In this document: piece after piece, positions 36,975-46,423 of the stretch
How positions within the stretch are numbered: position 1 is the stretch's first letter
Layout: every line of letters begins with the position of its first letter
NCBI GenBank assembly: GCA_035625725.1
Contig: DASPPB010000014.1
Span: 3,672 to 67,671, forward strand
DNA from: Burkholderiaceae bacterium
GTDB taxonomy: Bacteria; Pseudomonadota; Gammaproteobacteria; Burkholderiales; Burkholderiaceae_F
DNA length: 64,000 nt
Direction: 5' to 3'
Made by a program: the position numbers and the translations under genes
The notes under the pieces: model-generated
What the model was told of the DNA's origin: nothing
The model's input: the letters and a program-made list of their open reading frames with translations, nothing else
The model's database searches: none

Positions 36975-37556
36975 TTAGGCCTGAGCCCAGCGTGAATACC
37001 GTGGAAGCGTAGCCTGCAGAAAGGCCATCTGGTCGGCCAGAATGCGCCGGTTGCTCAGGATGAAGCCCTCGTTGCGGCACACCGCGTAGGGTACGTACAG
37101 CAGGGGCATTCGCGCTTCTTCGGGACTGCGATTGCCCTTGCGGGTGTTGCAGGAGCGGCAGGCCGTAACCACGTTCGTCCACTCGTGGCGACCCCCCCGG
37201 GATACCGGCACGATGTGCTCGACCGTCAGGTCCGGCTCACTGCAATGCGCGCCGCAATAGGCGCATACGTGGCGATCGCGGGCGAAGAGCCGGTGCTTGG
37301 TCAGGCCCACATGGCTGCGCCCGCCGGGGCTGCGATGGCGCCCGCGGATCATGACGATGGAACTGCTGACGACGCAGGAGCGTTCGCCCGATAATTCCTG
37401 GAGGCCCCCGGTAAGAGAAAAGAGGCGTTCGCCGAGATCGTTTACGACCTTGCCGCAAGCGTAGTATCGCGCTGCACGGGGCAGCGCCGCCCACCGCACC
37501 GGCTGCCCGTGGGAGTCAACAATCAGAATGCGGGGTGGGTACTCGGTTCCGCGCAT
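36975..37556 (-). CDS. HNH endonuclease (193 aa, solitary)
   Basis: The C-terminal 193 aa of track ORF 36975..38723, starting at ATG 37556, carry CAYCG ... EHIVPVSRGGRHEWTNVVTACRSCNTRKGN, an HNH core with a Cys4 zinc site. The upstream 389 codons are antisense to the CYTH-CHAD gene and were discarded. Confidence 0.85.
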   Translation of the reverse strand: MRGTEYPPRILIVDSHGQPVRWAALPRAARYYACGKVVNDLGERLFSLTGGLQELSGERSCVVSSSIVMIRGRHRSPGGRSHVGLTKHRLFARDRHVCAYCGAHCSEPDLTVEHIVPVSRGGRHEWTNVVTACRSCNTRKGNRSPEEARMPLLYVPYAVCRNEGFILSNRRILADQMAFLQATLPRYSRWAQA

Positions 37557-37589
37557 AAGCGCATATTGCCACTTCGGAATAAGTTTTGC

Positions 37590-39170
37590 ATGGCCAAGGG
37601 TGCTGCCGCACTTCGGAAGGCACGGCTCGCATCGCAAGCGCTGCCTGCCAGCGGGCTTCCTGCGCTCGATTCTGGCCAGGAGATCGAACTCAAGCTCAAG
37701 CTGCGTCCTCAGGACGTATCCGCGCTGCGCGCGCGGCTGAACCGCCTGGGCCGAGCGCGCAAGGAGCACATCGACAGCGTGTATTTCGACACGTCGGACC
37801 AGCGTCTGGCGCAAAGCAAAGCGGCGCTGCGACTGCGCGCCATTGGCACGGGCCGCGCGCGTCGATGGGTCCAGACCGTCAAGACGCAGGACTCGGAGGC
37901 AGCGCTGAGTGTGCGCGGCGAGTGGGAGCGCCCTGCGCCCGGGGGGCGCATCGACCTTGCCTCGCTGACAGATTCTCCTCTGGGACAGCTCTTGGGGCCG
38001 GAACTCGCGAATCTGCGTCCGGTTTTCCGGACGAGGTTTGTTCGTTCGGCCTGGACCCTCGTCTGCGACGATGCGCAGGTCGAAGCCGTCATCGACCTGG
38101 GCGAAATCCGGGCCGAGGATCGTGCCGAGGCCATCTGCGAAGCGGAGCTCGAGCTGCGGGCCGGGGCGCAGCAAGCGCTGCTCGATCTGGCGTTGCGACT
38201 GTCCGGCTCCGAGGGAAGGCGCCGATCCGACCTGAGCCTGCTGCCCTATGGCATCTCCAAGGCGGCACGCGGCTATCGGCTGGCACTCGGTCGCGGCCCG
38301 ACACCGTTTGCCGCGGGCTCTTCCATGGTGCACCGAGCCTTCGCGCCCGAAATGCGCGTCGGCGCAGCAGCGCGTCGCCTCGTTGCGCTGGGGATGACGA
38401 CGATGTTGGCCAATGCTGCGGATTTTTCCGCGGCTGGGGACCCGGAATTCGTTCACCAGGCGCGCGTTGCCATGCGGCGCATGCGTGCGGGCCTGGATTT
38501 GTTGGGTTCTGGGGCCGAAGTGCCGCCGCATTTGCGCCGCAGCCTGCAGCTCTGGGCCGGGCGATTTGGGGTCGTGCGGGACTGGGACGTGCTCTGCGGC
38601 GAGCATCTCCCACCCCTGGCATCGGCTGCCGGGCCAAGCAGTGCGCCAGTCTGGAAGCGCCTGTGTGCAGCGGCCGCAGCGCGGCGCGACGCCGCGCGCG
38701 AGGCCCTTTGGCGCCAGTTGCAATCCCCGCCATTTGCGGAGTTTGCGTTGCGTGCGCTGCGCTGGAGTGGCAGCGCTCCGGCCAAGGCCAGCAAGCGGCT
38801 TGCGAGCCTAGCGCCTAAGGCGGTGCGGGTGCGACAGCGCCGTTTGACCGCTACCGCGCGCTCCTTTGCGCAGCTCACGATCCGGCGTCAGCATAAAGCC
38901 CGCATTCAAGCCAAGGCGTTGCGCTACGGCATCGAGATGCTGCACGCGAGCTTGCCCAAGCGGATTCGTCGCCTCGGACTCCCGGCGCTGGAGCGATTTC
39001 AAGACGCCGCCGGCGGTGCGCGCGATGCGCTGATTGTGGAAGCGGTCGTGGCGCGTCTGAGCCGCTCGCCGGCGGTTCGGCAGCAGGTCGGCGATTGGGC
39101 CCATAGACAGCGGGCTGCGGCCATCGCACGCGCGCAGCGGCTGGCGGCCGATTTGAAGGATCTGCGCTGA
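37590..39170 (+). CDS. CYTH + CHAD domain protein (YgiF-like inorganic triphosphatase family)
   Basis: From ATG 37590: the CYTH start QEIELKLKL ... and CHAD repeats with HQARVAMRRMRAGL. 526 aa. Confidence 0.8.
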   Translation: MAKGAAALRKARLASQALPASGLPALDSGQEIELKLKLRPQDVSALRARLNRLGRARKEHIDSVYFDTSDQRLAQSKAALRLRAIGTGRARRWVQTVKTQDSEAALSVRGEWERPAPGGRIDLASLTDSPLGQLLGPELANLRPVFRTRFVRSAWTLVCDDAQVEAVIDLGEIRAEDRAEAICEAELELRAGAQQALLDLALRLSGSEGRRRSDLSLLPYGISKAARGYRLALGRGPTPFAAGSSMVHRAFAPEMRVGAAARRLVALGMTTMLANAADFSAAGDPEFVHQARVAMRRMRAGLDLLGSGAEVPPHLRRSLQLWAGRFGVVRDWDVLCGEHLPPLASAAGPSSAPVWKRLCAAAAARRDAAREALWRQLQSPPFAEFALRALRWSGSAPAKASKRLASLAPKAVRVRQRRLTATARSFAQLTIRRQHKARIQAKALRYGIEMLHASLPKRIRRLGLPALERFQDAAGGARDALIVEAVVARLSRSPAVRQQVGDWAHRQRAAAIARAQRLAADLKDLR

Positions 39171-39173
39171 AGC

Positions 39174-39950
39174 CTAGCCGCAAGCGGGGCGCAGGTCGGT
39201 GCGAATCTGCGCGGCTCGATCCACGAATTCGGTACGATGCGCCGCCTGCGAATCGCGAAACGGGTTTAGTGCGGGCCGCACGGCATTGCCCTGACCAAAC
39301 CCGATTCCGGCCTGCATGGCGCGTTCAACCTGCTCCTGGCTCTGCAGGCCCGCAACAATCAGCCATTGTTCGGAGATGCCCGCGACGCGCGCTTCCAGGG
39401 CGAGGTTGTCCCAGGCCTCGGCGACATTGGAGCTCGGCGCCAGAATCTTGGCGAAATCCGGCTGCACAAGCCCAAATGCGCTCAGCTCCATCACCAGCCG
39501 GGGCGAAGTAATCCGCAGTCCGACCGGTATGCGCTGCGCTCGCAAGTAATCGACGAACGCGCGGACCCGGTAGCTCGAGCGTACGAGCTCAACGGAACCG
39601 CGCAGAATTACCGTGAGTCGGTGGGCCACCAGGGCGTGCGCGCGCAACTGCGCGTCGATGCGCTCGTCGTACTTTTGCACCGTGCCGAAGGACAGGGTGA
39701 CCCCGACTTGCTCGCATTCTTCGCGCGCAAGCAGCCCAAGGGCGCGACGCAGTCCCAACAACTGGATGCGTGACCATTGCACCGGGTTTGGCTCAAAGCC
39801 GTCGGTCCAAAGATACAACTCGTCGAACCATCGCTCGCGCGTCTGCAGCGAGCGCGTGGGCCATACCGTCGCACACACGGCGCCGGCCTGCGCATTCGTC
39901 TTGCCGCTGATCGTTTGCGCCGGCCAGCGGTGCACGGTGGACAGGGACAT
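39174..39950 (-). CDS. EAL-like domain protein, catalytically degenerate (tentative)
   Basis: From ATG 39950 (258 aa). FDELYLW sits where EALxRW is expected, PDFAKI where D..KID is expected, and LIVAGLQSQEQVERAMQAGIGFGQGNAVRP where AEGVE....L...G.D..QGY...P is expected. The NxS, ExxE, DDFG and EGVE residues are not conserved. The start has no clear SD. Confidence 0.4.
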   Translation of the reverse strand: MSLSTVHRWPAQTISGKTNAQAGAVCATVWPTRSLQTRERWFDELYLWTDGFEPNPVQWSRIQLLGLRRALGLLAREECEQVGVTLSFGTVQKYDERIDAQLRAHALVAHRLTVILRGSVELVRSSYRVRAFVDYLRAQRIPVGLRITSPRLVMELSAFGLVQPDFAKILAPSSNVAEAWDNLALEARVAGISEQWLIVAGLQSQEQVERAMQAGIGFGQGNAVRPALNPFRDSQAAHRTEFVDRAAQIRTDLRPACG

Positions 39951-40245
39951 TGCTGCCAACGGGGAGGAAGCCTGCGTCACTGCGCGCCGACGCGCGATCG
40001 AGCGCGCCCGTGGGGATTGGAGTTCGGATGGATGCGACCGCAAGCCCCGCCGCGACCGCGGGCGCGTAGTTTCGGCATCTTCGGCATCGGTCTCCAGTGC
40101 ATGTCTCGACGATACCGGTTCCGTCTGGCGTTGGGACCCACCCCAATGCGAGAGATAACTGCCTTCTAGCCCGCCAACTTGGCATTGGCGGGGGATTGGA
40201 GCAGAATCCGTTTTATGCTGCACTGCAGAAAACAGGCAACCTACC

Positions 40246-42981
40246 GTGCATAACGTGCTCTCGGCCCTGGTGCCGCAATCGGTGGCCATCGTTGGGGCAA
40301 CCGAGCGGGTCGGCGCGCTTGGGCGTGACGTCTTTCGCAACGTCTTGGCTGGCGGATTCCGCGGCGACGTGTTCGCGGTCAACCCCAAGCACACGCAAGT
40401 TCTCGAACACCGCTGCTATGCCAGCCTGACGGATCTGCCGTCGGCGCCCGATCTGGTCGTTGTGGTTACGCCCGCGGCGGCGGTGCCGCAAGTGATGCGA
40501 GAGGCCGCCCAACGAGGCGTGGCCGGGGTTTTGGTTCTGTCCGCGGGCTTTGCCGAGGTGGGGCCCTCGGGCCTGGCGCTTCAGGAAGAAGCACTTGCGC
40601 GCGCCCGCGAAGCCGGGGTGCGCGTTATTGGCCCGAACTGCCTGGGCTTGATGCGGCCTTCGATCGGGTTGAACGCGACGTTTGCTCGCACCGCCGCGCG
40701 CAGTGGCAACATCGGACTGGTTTCTCAGTCGGGCGCCGTGGCTGCCGCCTTGCTCGACTACGCCTGGTCGGCGGGCTTCGGATTTTCGTCGGTCATCACG
40801 ACCGGCGACGGTTCGGATGTCGAATTCGGAGACCTGCTCGATTTTCTTGCACTCGATGCGCAGACCCGCAGCATCGTGCTGTATGTCGAGGGTGTGCATC
40901 GTCCCCGCCAGTTTCTCTCGAGCTTGCGCGCTGCCGCGAGCATCAAGCCCGTCGTCGTGCTCAAAGCCGGGCGGCACGCGAGCGGTTCGAAGGCCGCGTT
41001 CAGTCACACCGGGGCGCTGGCGGGCAACGATGCCGTCTTTGACACCGCGTTGCGGCGCACCGGCGCGATTCGAATCTCCAAATACGCGCAACTGTTTTCG
41101 GCTAGTGAGGCGTTGCAAAGTGGCCGACTGCCGCACGGCCCTCGCCTGGCCATCCTGACCAACGGGGGCGGCCCCGGAGTGCTTGCCGCCGACGCTGCGT
41201 CGGACGTGGGCGTGTCGCTCGCACTGCTCGGGGCCGAGACCAAGCGCGATTTAGACGCTGTGCTGCCCGCGACCTGGTCCAAGGGCAACCCAGTCGACAT
41301 CATCGGCGATGCCGACTGCGCGCGTTTCTCGCGCGCCTTCGAACTGTTACTTGCCGATGAGGCCAACGACGGCGTGCTGGTTCTCTTTTGTCCGACCATA
41401 CGTCTGGGTGCGGCCGAGATCGCGCGAGCGCTGCTGCCCCTGGCCGCCGCGAGCAGCAAACCGGTTGTTTCGGCTTGGCTGGGCGAGGCCGACGCGGCGC
41501 AAGGCCGGTCCATTCTGAAGCAGGCGGGCTACGCGGCCATGCGAAGTCCCGAGCAAGGCGTGGAGGCGTTTGGCTATCTGGCGCAGTTTGTACGGCACCG
41601 TCAGCTGCGACTGCAACTGCCGCCGCCCATCAGTGGCGGATCCGAGGGCGCGAGCGCGCTCGAAATCACGGCCGCGCGCGGGGTTCTCGCGCAGGCGCAA
41701 CGGCAAGGGCGCACGCTGCTGGCGGAGGACGAGGCCAAATCGCTGCTAGCGGCCTGCGGCATTGAAGTGGTGCAGGGACGGCTTGCAGCGACCTCGGCGG
41801 AGGCCAAGGCATTGGCCGAACAAATCGGCTACCCGGTCGTGCTCAAAGTGCGGGCCGAAGGCATCACCCACAAGAGCGACGTCGGTGGCGTGCTCCTGGG
41901 ACTGAAGTCGCCCGAGGAGGTCGGGCTGGGCTTTGAGCTGATTCGCGAGCGCGTCCTCAAGCGCGCCTCGGCGGCGCAGTTTCGCGGTGTCCTCGTGCAA
42001 CGGATGGTGAGCCGGCCCTCCGGCCGCGAGCTCATCGTGGGCATCGCCCGCGACCCTGCCTTCGGTCCCGTGGTTAGTTTTGGCATGGGTGGCATTGCCG
42101 TGGAGGTCGTGCGTGACTCGGCCCTGGCGCTTCCGCCTTTGAACCGCATGCTCGCCGGCGACTTGATTGACCGCACGCGTGTAGCGAGCATGCTCAAGCC
42201 TTTTCGCGGCATGCCGGCCGTGGACATGGAAGCCTTGATCGACGCCCTGTTGCGGGTCTCCGAACTCGCGTGCGAACTGCCCTGTCTTGCGGAGCTCGAC
42301 ATCAATCCCCTGCTGGCCGATGAAAACGGGGTCATCGCGCTCGATGCGCGCGTGGTAATCGATCAGGCGCCCTTGGCACCGGATCCGGTGTATTCGCACC
42401 TGGCGATACATCCGTATCCCAAGACGTTGGAATCGAAGTTGCATCTGACCGATGGCGCCCTGGTGTTGTTGCGCCCGGTCCGGCCCGAAGACGCGGAGGC
42501 GCAGCGGCGCTTCGTCGCGCGTTTGTCCGATCTGACGCTGTACCGGCGCTTTCACGCGCCGGTGCGCGAATTGACACTCGACCGGCTGGTGCGATTTACG
42601 CAAATCGACTATGACCGCGAAATGGCCTTTGTCGCAATCGATGCGTCCGGATCGGAAGAGGAAATTCGAGGCTTTGCACAGTACAACCGGGTCACCGGCA
42701 GCGACCAGGCCGAATTCGGAATCGCGGTGGAAGACAGCTGGCAGGGACGCGGGCTGGGATTCGCAATGATGGAGGCGCTCGAAAACTGCGCGCGCGAGCG
42801 CCACGTCTCGGAATTGTTCGGTTACGTGCTGGCCGATAACGATTCCATGCGCGGCATGATGGTTGCACGGGGCTATAGCGCGCAGCGCGACACGGGCGAA
42901 AGCGGAGTGATCCGCTTTCGCCTGCCGTTGGTGCCGCAGCCGCAGGTGGGTGCGCAGCCGGCCCTGGCCGCTACCTCATGA
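40246..42981 (+). CDS. bifunctional acyl-CoA synthetase (NDP-forming)-like / GNAT protein lysine acetyltransferase (Pat/YfiQ-like)
   Basis: 911 aa. N-terminal CoA-binding region (VAIVGATERVGALG), a succinyl-CoA-synthetase-like/ATP-grasp middle section, and a C-terminal GNAT with QGRGLGFAMMEAL. GTG start (alternative GTG at 40255). Confidence 0.85.
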   Translation: MHNVLSALVPQSVAIVGATERVGALGRDVFRNVLAGGFRGDVFAVNPKHTQVLEHRCYASLTDLPSAPDLVVVVTPAAAVPQVMREAAQRGVAGVLVLSAGFAEVGPSGLALQEEALARAREAGVRVIGPNCLGLMRPSIGLNATFARTAARSGNIGLVSQSGAVAAALLDYAWSAGFGFSSVITTGDGSDVEFGDLLDFLALDAQTRSIVLYVEGVHRPRQFLSSLRAAASIKPVVVLKAGRHASGSKAAFSHTGALAGNDAVFDTALRRTGAIRISKYAQLFSASEALQSGRLPHGPRLAILTNGGGPGVLAADAASDVGVSLALLGAETKRDLDAVLPATWSKGNPVDIIGDADCARFSRAFELLLADEANDGVLVLFCPTIRLGAAEIARALLPLAAASSKPVVSAWLGEADAAQGRSILKQAGYAAMRSPEQGVEAFGYLAQFVRHRQLRLQLPPPISGGSEGASALEITAARGVLAQAQRQGRTLLAEDEAKSLLAACGIEVVQGRLAATSAEAKALAEQIGYPVVLKVRAEGITHKSDVGGVLLGLKSPEEVGLGFELIRERVLKRASAAQFRGVLVQRMVSRPSGRELIVGIARDPAFGPVVSFGMGGIAVEVVRDSALALPPLNRMLAGDLIDRTRVASMLKPFRGMPAVDMEALIDALLRVSELACELPCLAELDINPLLADENGVIALDARVVIDQAPLAPDPVYSHLAIHPYPKTLESKLHLTDGALVLLRPVRPEDAEAQRRFVARLSDLTLYRRFHAPVRELTLDRLVRFTQIDYDREMAFVAIDASGSEEEIRGFAQYNRVTGSDQAEFGIAVEDSWQGRGLGFAMMEALENCARERHVSELFGYVLADNDSMRGMMVARGYSAQRDTGESGVIRFRLPLVPQPQVGAQPALAATS

Positions 42982-43587
42982 TTTGAGCAGTCCCTCGGCC
43001 TGCAGCGCCTCGCGGACCTTCGGTCGGGTCGCGATGCGTTGGACGTAGGCCCCAAGCGCCGGCCATTGCGTGAGGTCGATGCCTACGTGAGGCGTCCAGT
43101 TGAGCACCGTGAACAGATAGGCATCGGCCACCGTGAAGTTGGCTCCCATCAGGTAATCGTGTCCTGCCAGTTGTTGCGCGACCCAGCTCAGACGCCCACG
43201 CAAACGTTCGCGCTGGCGCTGCTTGAGGGCGTCGTCGCTTGCCGGATCAAACAGGGGCGAGAATTGCTTGTGCAGCTCGGTGGAAATGAAATTGAGCCAC
43301 TCCTGCAGGCGGTAGCGATCGAACGTGCCAGCCTCGGGGGCCAGACGGCGTGCGGGCACCTGGTCGGCGATGTACTGGACGATCGCCGGGCCCTCGGTCA
43401 GACGCCGGCCATCATCGAGTTCAAGCGTGGGAACATATCCTTTGCCATTGACGGATTTGTAATCCTCGCCGCTTGCCGTGCGCTTGCTGCGCAAGTCGAC
43501 TTTGACCAATTCCACGGGCAGGCCCGCCTCGCGCAATACGATGTGCGGCGAGAGGGAGCAGACACCGGGCGAATAGTAGAGCTTCAA
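42976..43587 (-). CDS. glutathione S-transferase (GstA-like)
   Basis: MKLYYSPGVCSLSPHIVLREAGL matches the E. coli GstA N-terminus (MKLFYKPGACSL). I prefer the second in-frame TTG (43587), which has AAGGAG 8 nt upstream, over the track TTG at 43593. Confidence 0.85.
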   Translation of the reverse strand: MKLYYSPGVCSLSPHIVLREAGLPVELVKVDLRSKRTASGEDYKSVNGKGYVPTLELDDGRRLTEGPAIVQYIADQVPARRLAPEAGTFDRYRLQEWLNFISTELHKQFSPLFDPASDDALKQRQRERLRGRLSWVAQQLAGHDYLMGANFTVADAYLFTVLNWTPHVGIDLTQWPALGAYVQRIATRPKVREALQAEGLLKS

Positions 43588-43793
43588 CTTCAATTCTCCT
43601 TTCGATCGTTTTACCCCTGTGGCACGTGCGATTGCACGAGCAAGGCGCGCATGTTACGCGGAAGTCGCACGCGCCTGGAGCATCCGGGCGGCGAGCTCCT
43701 GCGCGGCAAGGCGGGGCGTTTGGCTCGACAAAGAAGGGTGCGGGCCTTGTGCCCGGTGCGCCCGTCGCAATCGGGGCATCTCGCACCGGGCTG

Positions 43794-44408
43794 CTAAGCC
43801 CTGCGCGCGGTAAGCAAGAAGACGGGATACTCGCGCACGACGCCGTCTCGCTCCTTGCCAATCGTGAAGACCGTATCAAAGTGCACGTCGGCGAAACCGG
43901 CGCTGCGCGCCTTGCGCTTTAGCGCCTCACGTTCAAAACCGTGATGCACGTCAACATCCTCGCCGTGAAAGCTGCCGTCCTCCCGATCAAGATCGGCCAG
44001 ACAAAGCCAGCCGCCAGGCCGCAGATGGGCAGCGAATTTCGCGAGTATGGCGTCGGTGTCCGCAATGTGGTGCAACGTCATCGAGGACATGATCAGATCG
44101 AAGGGGGCACCCGGCAAATCGGCTGCCGCAAGATCGTGGAGTTGGGCGTTGACATGGGTCAGATGCTGGGCCGCGATCTTTTCGTTGAGCACCTCGAGCA
44201 TGCCGGCAGAGGTGTCGATGCAGGTGATGTGTCCAAGATCGCCAGCCAGAGGAATGCTCAGCAGTCCGGTGCCGCAACCGACGTCAAGCGCCCGCATCCG
44301 CGCAGTGAGGGCGACGCGGCCACGAATTGCGGCGGCAATTTTGCGCCCGCGCTCTACAAACTGCGCATCGGCATCCCACTGGCGCGCCCGGGCGTCGAAA
44401 TCGATCAT
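43794..44408 (-). CDS. class I SAM-dependent methyltransferase
   Basis: SAM-binding motif I LDVGCGTGLLS, with downstream DLIMSSMTLHH and GGWLCLAD. Confidence 0.8.
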   Translation of the reverse strand: MIDFDARARQWDADAQFVERGRKIAAAIRGRVALTARMRALDVGCGTGLLSIPLAGDLGHITCIDTSAGMLEVLNEKIAAQHLTHVNAQLHDLAAADLPGAPFDLIMSSMTLHHIADTDAILAKFAAHLRPGGWLCLADLDREDGSFHGEDVDVHHGFEREALKRKARSAGFADVHFDTVFTIGKERDGVVREYPVFLLTARRA

Positions 44409-44886
44409 GGTGGCAAGACCCGAAAACGTGAATCGCGAGCGGATTTGCAGTGCAGAAACCGCGGCGCGGACCGCAGGCGCTCACCCGGCGGGCTTGGGTC
44501 CGAAGGGACAGCGCAGTCCGCCTGCGGCCATACGCCGATTTCATAAGCTTAGCTCGGTTGGCGTTTCGCGAAGCGCGCTCAGTGCCACGCGGGCAGGCGC
44601 AGCCCGCCTCACCGGGAAGGCGCGGTCTGCGCGTTTCCGAGGCCGCGCGCGCGACAATGTGGGGCGCGGTCGAGCTGCAATTGGGTTTCACGTTCATCAC
44701 ACACGGGGCGGTGCAGGGGCTGTTCCGCGTGCGACCAGCTCGCCCATTGGCCGGCAGCGAGTGTTGCCGTGAAGTCGTAACGCGCGAGTTCGTTACACCT
44801 ATTCCGTGCTTTGCTGATGCAGGTCAGCATTACGCCGATGCCGCACGTTAGTGTGGCTTTTCACGAAAACAGAAGCGGAGCGAAAA

Positions 44887-45891
44887 ATGTGGGAGCGTGC
44901 GGTGAGACGCTGCTTGCGCGACGTGGCAATGGTGTTCGCGCTGATTGCGCCATCGATCGGAATGGCCCAAGAAAAGCTCGACATTGCGTCGCGAACGCCC
45001 AGTACATGGAGCGAGTACGTGCATGGCCAGGGCTCGCCGGTGACGGTCGTCGGCTACCTGTACCTGCCGAGCGCCGCAAAAGGGCCGGTGCCGGCGATGA
45101 TTCTCAAACACGGAAGCGGCGGCCTTGGAGGGGCGCAGGGCGAAAATATTCGAAAGTGGGCCAAGAGCCTTACCGAGTGGGGTGTAGCGGCGTTTGTCGT
45201 CGACAGCTTCGCGCCGCGTGGTATCGGGGAGAGCGCAAGCGACCAGAGCAAGCTCAGGAGCCTGGCGGACCTTGCCGACTCCTTTGCGGCACTCAAGGTG
45301 CTGGCCTCCGATCCGCGCATCGACTCGGGGCACGTTGGGATCATGGGATGGTCGCGAGGCGGCGCGGTGGCCATGGAGTCGGCGCTTGAGAGCGCGCGAG
45401 CCGCCGTGCTGACTACAACCGGGCCGAAATTCGCGGCCCACGTCGTGTTCTACGGAATGGCCGAGCCGCAGTACCGCGATACGACAACGGACCGCGCTCC
45501 GATGTTGTTCTTTCACGGTGATGCGGACAACCTCGTGCCGGTTGGCCCGACGCGGGAGTTTGCCGACTGGATCCAAACGCAGGGCAATCAGGTCAGTTTC
45601 CAGACTTACCCCGGCGTCTACCACGACTTTGACGTGGAGGGCGGGATCGACGGAACCGTCGGCATGGTCGAGACGGCGCGTAACTGCGATGTGCTCGTCG
45701 ATTTTTCGACCGGCCAGGTCGTGCGAATCGACCACAAGCCGGTGACGGGCGTCTCCGGTCTCGCATTGATTCGTTACATGCGAGGTTGCATGGAGCGAGG
45801 GGCCCAATTGCATCCCAACCGCACTGCGCGCGCCGATGCGGTGGAGAAGGTGCGAACCTTCCTTGTGCAAACGTTGGGCATCGCGGGCTGA
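44887..45891 (+). CDS. secreted dienelactone hydrolase-type alpha/beta hydrolase
   Basis: ATG 44887 has GGAG 7 nt upstream. Signal peptide VAMVFALIAPSIGMAQE and nucleophile elbow GWSRGG. The track ORF starts at GTG 44851. Confidence 0.7.
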   Translation: MWERAVRRCLRDVAMVFALIAPSIGMAQEKLDIASRTPSTWSEYVHGQGSPVTVVGYLYLPSAAKGPVPAMILKHGSGGLGGAQGENIRKWAKSLTEWGVAAFVVDSFAPRGIGESASDQSKLRSLADLADSFAALKVLASDPRIDSGHVGIMGWSRGGAVAMESALESARAAVLTTTGPKFAAHVVFYGMAEPQYRDTTTDRAPMLFFHGDADNLVPVGPTREFADWIQTQGNQVSFQTYPGVYHDFDVEGGIDGTVGMVETARNCDVLVDFSTGQVVRIDHKPVTGVSGLALIRYMRGCMERGAQLHPNRTARADAVEKVRTFLVQTLGIAG

Positions 45892-46423
45892 GTGCCGAAA
45901 CGTCGACCGGCCTAGCGAAGCGGCCTGCGGCGGGGCTTCGGTTGCACCTGCCGCGCAGGGTTGAGCCGCGCGAACCGCCCGTGCCCCTTCCCGGGAGAAA
46001 CCAGCCTCCGGGTCGGCACTGCGCGTCGCGCCCGCGATCGAGCGCCATTGCGAAGGAGAAATTGCACCGAATTTGAGTTGCCCCTGCGCGAGCCCAACGG
46101 CACCGTCGGGCGCCGCAAAACGCGCGGAGTGCGCTTGGGCCGAGAGGAAATTCGAGGTTTCCGCCGCTCGGGTCTGTGGCGATCGGCCTCCTGAATCGCG
46201 CGCGTCATCCACAGCAGCGCGAGACGCCGCGTCAAATAAATAAAACGAATTGCGACCAGGTCGACGCATGCAGCGGAAGTCCTGACGCGAAGTGCTTCTC
46301 ATTTGCCCGAACCGAAGCATTGAAAAGACGGCGGTTTGTTCCTCTCGTGTGTGGGAGGTTCGGCTCGCTTGGCTTTAGCCTTTCTAGTACCGACTGCATG
46401 ACGGGTATACGTGGGAGTGCGCG

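Noticed and set aside
36975-38723. 582-aa ORF in the track that would make a very large HNH protein
   Set aside because: Only the last 193 codons are protein-like. The upstream 389 codons are Arg/Gly/Pro-rich and lie exactly antisense to the well-supported CYTH-CHAD gene. This is the typical open antisense frame of a high-GC genome.
39951-40394. N-terminal 148 codons of track ORF 39174..40394 (would make a 406-aa EAL-like protein)
   Set aside because: This part overlaps the pat start region and encodes Ser/Arg/Pro/Thr-rich sequence. The EAL-like similarity begins only after ATG 39950.
42976-42981. Convergent pat and GST genes overlapping by 6 bp at the palindrome TCATGA (each strand reads Ser-stop)
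   Set aside because: It is real in the sequence, but it is a trivial consequence of two stop codons sharing a palindrome. No hairpin or terminator is associated with it.
43620-43636. Sigma54-like TGGCAC-N-TTGCA element
   Set aside because: The GG-to-GC spacing is 11 nt instead of the strictly required 10. It also points (plus strand) at no downstream gene, lying between two minus-strand genes.
44848-46320. 490-aa minus-strand ORF spanning the dienelactone hydrolase gene and part of the following gap
   Set aside because: It is antisense to a gene with clear motifs (GWSRGG), and its product is Arg/Ala/His-rich with no domain signature. Its extension about 430 bp into the gap is noted, but there is no supporting start site or SD.
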